A DNA stretch of 60,262 nt, counting the filler, from Basidiobolus ranarum (lineage: Eukaryota), in the NCBI GenBank assembly GCA_040143965.1. It is 14 parts of 14 records of this genome, joined end to end, with 100 filler letters (N's around TTAATTAATTAA, not from the genome) between each part and the next. Parts side by side here need not be neighbours in the genome. Positions count along the whole stretch, not along the records: positions 1 to 4,231 come from JASJQH010002060.1; positions 4,332 to 8,558 come from JASJQH010002061.1; positions 8,659 to 12,884 come from JASJQH010002062.1; 11 more parts are not named here. One strand, 5' to 3'. The position numbers were made by a program, and so were the translations under genes. The notes beneath the pieces were generated by a model. That model searched no databases. It was not told the DNA's origin and worked only from the letters and a program-made list of their open reading frames with translations. Positions 1-8,925 of the stretch are shown here, in pieces; the first letter of the stretch is position 1, and the number at the start of each line of letters is the position of its first letter.

Positions 1-500
1 AGAAGATTATGACATTCAAGCAAACTCCACCTCCTAGTCCATATTTGCCAACCTGCAAAGTATCCAACTTATCACCAGCCCAAATCCAATAAACATCTAT
101 AAATCCAATATCTGTTGACAGTATTGCTGAAGAGCTGAAACTAACAAAACCTATGGTTCATAAGCTCCCAGCCAAATACCAAGCCTTTGCTGATGTCTTT
201 GACAAGAAGAAATCTGATATACTCCCAGCTCACCACCCATATGATTGCCCTATAGATCTACAAGAAGGAAAATATCCACTGTTTGGGCCTATATATGGGC
301 TGACCCAGCCAGAACTCAAGATTTTGAAAGAGTATATTGTAGAAAATCTGGAGAACTTCCTTGCCTTTCTTGCTGAACTAGAAGTGACATTTGGAAGTAC
401 AGATAAGGAAAGAACTTTAGCCACCAAGCTCTGTGCATTTAAACAAGGGCAAAAGCTTGCATCAACTTATGCTGCAGAATTCCACCTTCTTGGAAGCAGA
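1..500 (+). mobile_element. Degenerate Ty3/Gypsy retrotransposon fragment: pre-RT pol segment joined to a gag segment
   Basis: ORF 153-563: LPAKYQAFADVFDKKKSDILPAHHPYDCPIDLQEG..FGPIYGLTQPELKILKEYIVENL is the Tf2-type region just before RT; FLAELEVTFGSTDKERTLATKLCAFKQGQKLASTYAAEF resembles Retrotrans_gag. Confidence 0.8.
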
Positions 501-508
501 CTTTGGGG

Positions 509-1103
509 GGTTTCAAGGTTGGAGAACAGGGATGGAGAGAAGTCTACAGGTAAGTGCAAGTAGTCTGATCAAACTGTTGCAATAAGGAACTCAACAAGGA
601 CTAGAAACAACAACAAGAGGCTAGAAGGCAGGAGAGTACTTGGGAGTAGACCACAAGACAAGAAAAGACCGGACAAGGAAGATACTTGGCAAGAATCTTT
701 ATTTATAACTAGCATTGATCAGACCACAGTCTGATCAAGAAATACATGGGGCTTATATGGATATTGCAGGGTGAAACAAAATATATTTCATAGGGAATAT
801 ACTGTGGCAAGTTCAAGCATTGAAGTGTTGGGGACTACAAGGACCAATACAAAGAGGGATGATGTAAGGACAATCAGGTGACTTTCCATGGATGGCCTTG
901 GCAGAAATACACCATGTGTGTGTTGACATGATTGGTTTGGTTTCATGGAATGTTCCAAAGAACATGACTTCCATATAAGATAACCTGAATGAACTAACAC
1001 AAGAATACTAAGAAGGGATGGCACTGCAGATATGCTGTCATAATCTAATATTAGAAGAGTTCTATTTGCAGAGGAACAGTATGCCCAGATCAGAATCATG
1101 ACA
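509..1103 (-). repeat. LTR family A (about 595 bp, TGTCATGATTCTG...CCTTGAAAC), probably Gypsy-type
   Basis: Reverse complement of 510-620 matches 4332-4441; reverse complement of about 860-1103 matches 47083-47325; TATAAATAAAG on the minus strand near 700. Confidence 0.75.
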
Positions 1104-2830
1104 GGCTTTTTGCTTCCCTTTAAGTGTTGGTGCTAATTTTGACACTGTGAAATGTACCAGTTGAGGTTGGAGAGCTGCAATCTTTATTTACTGGTATTAT
1201 TACTAGTTGAGAAGTGCTGGGTCTTGGATGAACTTCCAGCATTTGCACCCTTTGTACAGGTGTTTTTGGTTTCCCCATAAAATTAAGCCTTATTGCCAGT
1301 ATATATGCTGGTATGGCTGACTCTGGGAATGCAGAACTTTGTAATGGTGAAAAGAATTTGGTGAGTAAGACTGTAGAGCCTAAGCTCACTGGTTCCTTTG
1401 CTTTTCCCTTGGGTTTACTATCTTTCTGCTCCTTGAGTACATCTTTGGCTGCTATTCTTTCTTTTTTAAATTAATAATTGCATGAATTATTGAGAAATTT
1501 CTTGAATAGACCTATACTAGCCCAATTGACATTTGCTTGTAAAAACCTAAAATAAGCCACAAGTAATAAGTCAAGAATTTTCTGAGTAATATTGGGGCTT
1601 TGGTTTTTCCACAATTAGTTGAAATCAAGAAGAATTCTGGCAAGATTCCGCACAGTTTACAAAATATTAAACCATTCATCATAAGAGAAAGTGACAGTAG
1701 CTCAGAGATTCAGAGTCTTTTAGTTTGCTGGTTTTCCTGTGAGATTTCTATTCTCATGTGCCCAGGCAATTTTCCATTGTAGTGTAGGCTCAGTAATCCA
1801 AAAAATATTCAGCTCTGCTACATTGTCACAGTGATGTTTATATGTATGTTGTGGGATAGATTGAACTCCTGTATGAGAATGGACAGAGGGAGCAGTGTAC
1901 TACTGTAGCTCAGTTACAGCATTCTGAAGGTCTCATATCATGATTGAGTGACCCAATAACTGTTGATTTTTTGATTTGGAACACTGCATTAATTGCAGCA
2001 TTGCTGTGTTATTGCTTGTTGTGACTTGAGTTACAAGTTCATAGTTTTACATACAATTGTATAGAAAATGTTATGGTGTTCTGCCCAAGATTCCCTTTTA
2101 GTATTGATTATATCCATATTGTCTACAGAGGGGTGTTGAACAGTTGGCAAAGTAGGTATTGTGGAAGTTGATGGGCTTAATGGTGTTCCTGTGGAACATG
2201 GCTCAACTATTGATTTACTTTGTAATTTGGGGGCTGTAATCTCTTCACTTGCACTATTGCTAGAAAGAAACACATCTGGTTTATTGATTAATGCTTCATC
2301 ATTACTTAAATTAGTTCTCGGCATAACAATATCTTCCAAGGTGGATATTGGATTGCTTGACTGCTCATCAAACAAGTCCTCTGTTCTTGCAGGTTTTTTT
2401 CCTTTTGTGCCTGCTGGCTTTTGTTTGAAAGCCAATTTTGGTTTAGATTTTGTATATTTTCAATGAGATGGAAATATTCAGATGGTAAAATCAATGTATT
2501 GGAATTGTTAAGAAACCACTTATGATAAACCAATATTGCCTACCATACCTGGAAATATCTTATAAATTCCTGGATGACTCATCTGTATCACCAATTCAGA
2601 ACTGGCTGATGATATTGTTGAGATATATTGAAAATTACACCCTTACATAGTGGGTGTTCTTTTCCTGCAATATTGGTTTCATGTTGCAACACAAACATTG
2701 AATCAAGCCCTGCTGTTATTGTCACATATTCTTGTGCTATGACTGCCCAAGGTTTCATAGAAAAGATAATCACCAGCACAGTGACTCTACAAAACTACCA
2801 ATGCATAAAGCTTGGTGAGCATCTATAGTC
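1104..2830 (-). mobile_element. CACTA/EnSpm-like DNA transposon remnant: probable transposase C-terminus (about 2830-2450) followed by degenerate ORF2 (2435 to 1104)
   Basis: Sequence homologous to 48440-49730 and 56068-57020; ORF 2031-2435 continues through stops into the shared ORF2 peptide; VIQEFIRYFQ..AILVYHKWF resembles a transposase C-terminal strand pattern. Confidence 0.6.
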
Positions 2831-2878
2831 ATAAGTTCATGATATTGACTTTAGTTTAGTCCACTGAGTCCATGGGCA

Positions 2879-3725
2879 GTGCTTTACCTCAAAATTTTGG
2901 CAACAGTGCTGAAAGTCAAAAAACTGTGCTGTTATCACAGTTGTAAGACCAGAATGATGCAGATAGAAGTTAAGTCTATAAGTCCAGAAGACTTTGAGGA
3001 CATGCTGCTACATGTTGACCTTAGTAATTCCCATAATGATGGAAGTCTATCAGAAGATGAACAAGAAGACAATGAATTTGTTATAGACTCTTTGTTATTG
3101 GCAAGCAGTAATCAACCCATAACACTTACAGTAAAGAAAGCTGCTTTGAATTTTGAGATGTGGAGAGTTCAATCAAATCTTAGCAGCCAGGTGTTTACTG
3201 GTTTTTGTACACTTTGACTACATTTGATTGGCAAATGGTACCTGCCATGGGCCTGGTACAAGTAGAAAACACTTGCCAATTGTATCACCTATAATCCTTC
3301 ATTAATTAAATTACCATCATATCCAAGTAGTGATTTGACATTCACCAGTGATCTGAAAAACCATCAGTCATGTATTGTTTACACTCATACAGCAATTACT
3401 GAATCAGGTAAATATTGCTCATATTTGGCATATATACAGTTGATTCCTGGTCTTAAAGTTTTGATGGAGTCACATATCACAATTAATGTGGCATGCAAAA
3501 GCAACTAGTCAACAGTTAGAGAGTCACCCAACAGTGATACAAGTCCTTCAGAATGCTGTACTTGAGCTACAGCAACTTGTTACTCCCTGGATCCATTCTC
3601 ATATAGGATTTCAATCAATCTCACATCATACATATGAATGTCACTGTGACAATCTAGCAGATCAGAATATGTGTCACACTACTAAGCCTACACAACAACC
3701 TAAAATTGCTTGGGCACTTGAAAAG
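2879..3725 (+). mobile_element. Second, internally deleted copy of the CACTA-like element: transposase N-terminal part (2879-3470) abutting an ORF2 fragment (3482-3725)
   Basis: AALNFEMWRVQSNLSSQVFTGF, then ITYNPSLIKLPSYPSSDLTFTSDLKNHQSCIVY..GKYCSYLAYIQLI, which aligns with 48218-48406 (LPSCPNGCLTF); ORF 3486-3827 aligns with ORF2 at 56160-56400. Confidence 0.65.
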
Positions 3726-3879
3726 ACTTGTTCCATTTTATTGAGCCAGATCAGGCCAGCTAAAAAGTGTGCTGGCACAAATTGGCATGCTTGGGCACTA
3801 TCCAGCACAATGTTATTTAGCTCTTAATGGATATCTTTGCGTAAAAATGTATCATGAATTAATAAAGATTTTGACTACT

Positions 3880-4231
3880 TTGCCTAACTTTAATTGAGGC
3901 CCATAAAATTATTTTCCTCTATACTTTCCTGCTACAATGCTATATCTCTTGAGAAACCAATGCTATGTTCTACTCTTGCTTTAAAATGGAAAAAATGTCA
4001 TTATGAAGCTTTTGTCTCTCTGTGAGTATCCCTCCTCTGGGCCTCTTGTTAGCCGTGATACATCCTAGCCTTCTGCATCCTTCCCCAACGTACGCCAAAT
4101 CCCCCATAGTCTTTTCATATCTTACAAATGGTGGATGCCTCTCAACCCAAAGCCTTTGGTCATGGTGTCTCCCTGGATGTGGCCCACTAAACAAAATGAT
4201 GTTTCCTTCCAAATCTGTCAAAGCCTGGAAC
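3880..4231 (-). mobile_element. DDE transposase fragment of IS5/PIF-Harbinger (DDE_Tnp_4) type, frameshifted and cut by the contig end
   Basis: SGPHPGRHHD ... GDLAYVG ... KRPRGGILTERQKLHN, continuing after frameshifts as FKARVEHSIGF-KRYSIVAGKYRG. Confidence 0.75.
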
Positions 4232-4331
4232 NNNNNNNNNNNNNNNNNNNNNNNNNNNNNNNNNNNNNNNNNNNNTTAATTAATTAANNNNNNNNNNNNN
4301 NNNNNNNNNNNNNNNNNNNNNNNNNNNNNNN
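4232..4331. other. Artificial 100-bp contig spacer, first of 13. Others: 8559-8658, 12885-12984, 17205-17304, 21523-21622, 25838-25937, 30147-30246, 34455-34554, 38763-38862, 43069-43168, 47373-47472, 51671-51770, 55968-56067
   Basis: 44 N + TTAATTAATTAA (stops in all six frames) + 44 N, identical each time; lengths of the intervening segments never increase. Confidence 0.99.
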
Positions 4332-4442
4332 CTCTTGTTGTTGTTTCCAGTCCTTGTCCAGTTCCTTATTGTGACAGTCTTATAAAACTACTAATACTTG
4401 CCTGTAGACTTCTCTCCATCCCTGTTCTCCAACCTTGAAACC
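4332..4442 (+). repeat. 3' end of LTR family A
   Basis: Close match to the reverse complement of 510-620; ends ...CCAACCTTGAAAC. Confidence 0.8.
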
Positions 4443-4630
4443 TGGAATGGAGTCAACTGAGATCATCAAAGGGTTTGTGTGCACTCCGCGAGGTTATTTC
4501 AAATCAACATCAGTCTCTATTAAGGAGACATTCATCTCCCATTTGATTATAAATACCGTCAAGCCGCTACTCTCCAATACCAAGTTATAGATCTCCCAGT
4601 CAATCTCTTTTTGCTCTTCTAACATTAGAA

Positions 4631-5338
4631 ATGTCCGCAAACAATATTTATTTCTACGTTTCCTCCTTCCCAGGAAACTGCGACCCTCAAGATAACGCGA
4701 AAACCACCGCCACCCGGCCACATATTTGCAACATCTGCCAAAAGGCCTTTAGACGTCTTGAACATTTAACTAGACATGTACGCACTCACACTGGCGAGAA
4801 ACCGTACTCTTGCACATTTGAAGGGTGTGGAAAGCGCTTCTCGAGATCTGATGAATTAACTCGTCACGCTCGTATTCACAATAAAAAGGTTAGACATTCC
4901 GGGGATGCCTCCAATCAGTCTTTTGGCTCGGATGTATCTTCGGATCATCGCGATTCTCCATTCCTAGCTCAATCGCCACTGACTCATAATGGATTCCTCT
5001 ACAGCCCTCAAGTTCATGTGAGTGACTGCTTTACTCACATTCCTCAGCTCGCTTACCACAACCAACAGCATGGTCATCTCTCCCCAGGGAAGTTCAACCT
5101 GCCTCCAATCAATCCACCCAGCCCTGTGTGGTCTATCTATTCCGGTTCCACGAATTCCGATTCAGAGGAAGAGTCCACGCAAACGATGTTGAACTATGGT
5201 AAACCAAAGGCGAGAATTAACACTTCTGGCTCATCAGGGCCCATTCGTCTTAGTGATATCTTAGAACTCGCACCAGAGAAGAGAATTTTACCGATGCCAA
5301 ACTTCTCCTCTAAGCCTCAACCATCTTTCCCTTTCTAA
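4631..5338 (+). CDS. C2H2 zinc-finger transcription factor, CreA/Mig1-like (carbon catabolite repressor family), single exon, 235 aa
   Basis: [59 protein letters not shown] and RSDELTRH are CreA/Mig1 signatures. Confidence 0.9.
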   Translation: MSANNIYFYVSSFPGNCDPQDNAKTTATRPHICNICQKAFRRLEHLTRHVRTHTGEKPYSCTFEGCGKRFSRSDELTRHARIHNKKVRHSGDASNQSFGSDVSSDHRDSPFLAQSPLTHNGFLYSPQVHVSDCFTHIPQLAYHNQQHGHLSPGKFNLPPINPPSPVWSIYSGSTNSDSEEESTQTMLNYGKPKARINTSGSSGPIRLSDILELAPEKRILPMPNFSSKPQPSFPF

Positions 5339-6650
5339 ATCTCGAGAATTCTTCTTGAATTCAAGATTCTTATATACTTGTAATATAGTGAGGTATTACT
5401 AGACTTTGCATCACTTCCCAAGAGCACCTTGACGTTCTTTCATCAAACCCTTTAATTCATTTAAATAGCTTCATCTGTCTTCATGTATGTATTCATAAAT
5501 CATCTGTCTGGAAATTGCTCATTAAATACTTTAATCCATTATGTGGAGTTTGCCAATGGATAAGTGATATGTAGCTGTTCTTCTGAACGTGCTAAAGGTG
5601 TTGTCAATAAGGAAAACCATCCACTTGTTCTATTTTTAGAGGTAGGTCTGGTAACCAAATTATTTCAGAGATTAACAGTGCATTTGTAGAACTTACCAAA
5701 CGAATTTCGAATTTCAGTCGAAGAAAGCAAAGTGTCGATCCAAGTTAAAAATAGGAGACACAATAAGGTTCTATGGCCTATTAGAGAGCCAGTGAGATTT
5801 CGAGACTTGGTAATTGAACGAGTCCGAAAGAGCTCTTCTATTTATTGAGAAAGAAGCTTCATTCACGGATACATGGGATCCCATGTTCATCCTTGACCTA
5901 AGCTTACTATATTTATGGAGGGTCGGGCAGGAAGTCGTTCTCTTTAAGTAAGCATGAATTCTCCATCCCTTGATAGTCTCTACTATTGCCCTCAAGGCGA
6001 TTGTCATGAGTTTGAATCGACTTAGACTTGGTATAACTGGGTTCTGATTGTGATCTTGTCACCATTTTATTGTATCATTAAACTTTGCTGTGCTAACTGC
6101 TGTATACGTGACCCCGATCAAGATCATGTGAACTGGCCCGGATGTAATCCTCTCGTAAGGCCCATATCAAAAATCATACTTTCAATACCCTACTGACTTT
6201 ATCAATCCAAAGGATCGAAAAAGTATAAAAAATGTGGCGAACCGTGTAAGGACCTTGAGATGTACTTATAACAATCACTTATAATTCCATCCTTTCTCGC
6301 TCATTTCTCGCATATTTCATTGTTCAGTGAGTAGTGTAATGCCCGCATTATTCAATCAACCAATTGATCAATATGCCTCAGATTACCTACCTAACATGTA
6401 CATCACTTTATTATGAATGGAAATTAACTCCTGGGATAGAGTGAGTACATTCGATCCATGAATTTCTTCCTTTTTAAAAAATATTCCCTATATTCAAATG
6501 ATGCTCTACTATGAATAGTAATGCACACTCAATGGTATCTATCTCTCATTATCTTATGTAGTCGTCTTCTTGATACACCATATATTTAAGTGAAGGTATC
6601 TCCAAAAATACCTCACGTCTCGTTAATTTCCCCCTTTTCTTTAGACGAAT

Positions 6651-7280
6651 ATGCGGTATCTTATAGCAGTTGTTGTCCTGGTGATTGTGAAATCATCCGT
6701 GGAGGGTTCAATCATGATCCCAATCAAAGGGCCTCTCTCACGTAACTATCCAGCTTTAACAATGTATAGATTGGAATTTAAGAAAGAAATTGGGAATGAA
6801 GGGGATGTAGAAGAAAATTCCGAACCTGACAAACTATCCTTTCAAATCTACAGTATTCAAGAAGATACACAAGTGATAGCCTCAATAGATACACAAATCA
6901 AAACTTCTTCACATGATAAAATTGAGTCAACTTCTTCCATGACAGAGAAACTCCCCATCAGTCATAACAGCACCCAGCAGCTTGAAACTCCAATCAGTAC
7001 AACAAATACTACCTCCCCAATATCAGCTACTAAATCGGCCACTAACAAAAGCACTAGTGTCAAACCTACAGTAACAAGTAAAGTCGAACCAACTTACAAG
7101 ACTCTACGACGTGTACCAAATCAGTCAACTCATGTTTCAAACGAGATGGGAACTCAATGGTCTACTAGTTTCTCGTATTCCTCTTCATTTACCACTACGT
7201 ATTCACACACTCAATTCGTCCAACCAACTCTATTTCCACCTCATAGAGTCTTTAATCCCTATTATAACGTTATTAGATAA
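6651..7280 (+). CDS. Putative secreted Ser/Thr-rich hypothetical protein, 209 aa
   Basis: Signal-peptide-like N-terminus MRYLIAVVVLVIVKSSVEG; S/T-rich middle with NxS/T sequons; TATATTTAAG about 70 bp upstream. Confidence 0.65.
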   Translation: MRYLIAVVVLVIVKSSVEGSIMIPIKGPLSRNYPALTMYRLEFKKEIGNEGDVEENSEPDKLSFQIYSIQEDTQVIASIDTQIKTSSHDKIESTSSMTEKLPISHNSTQQLETPISTTNTTSPISATKSATNKSTSVKPTVTSKVEPTYKTLRRVPNQSTHVSNEMGTQWSTSFSYSSSFTTTYSHTQFVQPTLFPPHRVFNPYYNVIR

Positions 7281-7596
7281 CAACCTATCGCTGTAGATTC
7301 AAATAGAAGTGATACCCTTCATTGTATTCCCATTTTCTAAACAATCCTCTTTCAATGACCAGTCGTGTTTATGAGATTTATTTATAGGATTTTGGAAATT
7401 CCCTCAATCTAGAAATTTTCATGTATCTTCATTTCTTGACGCTTAATCACTTAATAAACTATTCCATGCTAACTTTGGATGCATTCTTCGTGTGGAATTT
7501 ACGTTCTTTATACGTATATTTGAATGGAAACAATTCAAAACAACTCGAAATGTACTGACAACTAATATGTAAATTGTAACTTCGAAAACATCCCAA

Positions 7597-8558
7597 CTAT
7601 TGGGTCAATTCTTCACAATACGTAGCTGGAATTAAACCAATGTGTTCATCAATTTGAGCTCTCCACCAATTTTCATCTATTTTCTCCAGAATATCTACCA
7701 CCACATCAGCACTAACCGATAGTTCATCCTCTTGTTGAGCTTGGTAATCGTACAAGACTCTAGCGAGGAAAGGTTGCGGGACGGGCGTATCGAGATCGGT
7801 CAATATCTCTTGGGGGTTTAGATCCTCTTGTTCGACATAGCTTTTTGGGAACCATCCCTTTGCCCCGTTACTTTCCAACTCTCCATACCACCAATCGCCA
7901 TCCTCAGCAGATTGAGAAACTTGAATGTAATCATTTTCGAGGAAACCTAAATCATCACCACCTTCTGCTTGATATTCATAAAGGGTTCTTACTCGAAACA
8001 GAACGATTGGCTCGTCTTCAACCACTTCGGTCACTTTCTCTGACTGATTTTGAGATTCTTGGTTAGTGATAGGTTCGGATGGAATGTTGAATGCGTCATC
8101 AAAGGCGGTGGAGTGGTGGGAATCAGTATTTGCGGTTGATTCTGAAGGAATTCCGAAAGCTTCATCAAATTTACTAGTGGGTGAGACGATTTGGTGGGAT
8201 GTTTGTGGAGAAGAAGGAATATTCGATGAGATTGACGAGAAAAAAGAGGATGCTGATCGGTTGGTGTATCCGGATAAGGGGTTAGTATTAGAATTAGTTG
8301 TTTCCTTTTCTACGACATCCCATTCATCATCCTTTGGACTATGAGAGGGTTCAGATGGGGGTTTTGCGAGTTCGGTTGATTGTGCGCCAAAGGATGGTCT
8401 AGTAAACACGTTGTTAGAACGTCCAAGGAAAGCGGGTGTTTTCGATTCAGTCCGTGAATTTGCTTGGAGATTTTTGGCTTTTTCACGGGCAGTGCGTGTA
8501 GCCTCTCGGATAGCTTCTTGCTCACGCTCATGCGCCTCAGTTCTCTCTTGCTCTTCAC
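7597..8558 (-). CDS. C-terminal part of a protein with two tandem SH3 domains (endocytic/actin adaptor-like); 5' truncated
   Basis: RTLYEYQAEGGDDLGF..DGDWWYGE..KGWFPKSYV and RVLYDYQAQQEDELSV..ENWWRAQ..GLIPATYC; frame stays open to the contig end through a coiled-coil-like EEQERTEAHEREQEAIRE. Confidence 0.9.
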
Positions 8559-8925
8559 NNNNNNNNNNNNNNNNNNNNNNNNNNNNNNNNNNNNNNNNNN
8601 NNTTAATTAATTAANNNNNNNNNNNNNNNNNNNNNNNNNNNNNNNNNNNNNNNNNNNNATTTTGCACTCGTCCCATATATTTTATGAAGCGTCTAATATT
8701 TTTTTAAATTGTCTCATTTTAGGCTAAAACACTGTAGGATCCATACATGATAAGATATGCTATCTTCAATCCTGTTTCCAGGCTGTTTGCAGGTAAATAA
8801 ATCTAATGGTAGATGTTCGGTTTCGTGTGATAGAGTTACACAAGCAGTAGAAGAAAAGGGACTGCTAAACCCCGGTGGTAACGGATGAAGAATGAGAATT
8901 ATATGCCGAGTGAGATTTCGTGCGA

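Noticed and set aside
4276-4287. TTAATTAATTAA recurring at about 4.3-kb periodicity
   Set aside because: Artificial six-frame stop linker inside N runs; not a biological repeat or CRISPR array.
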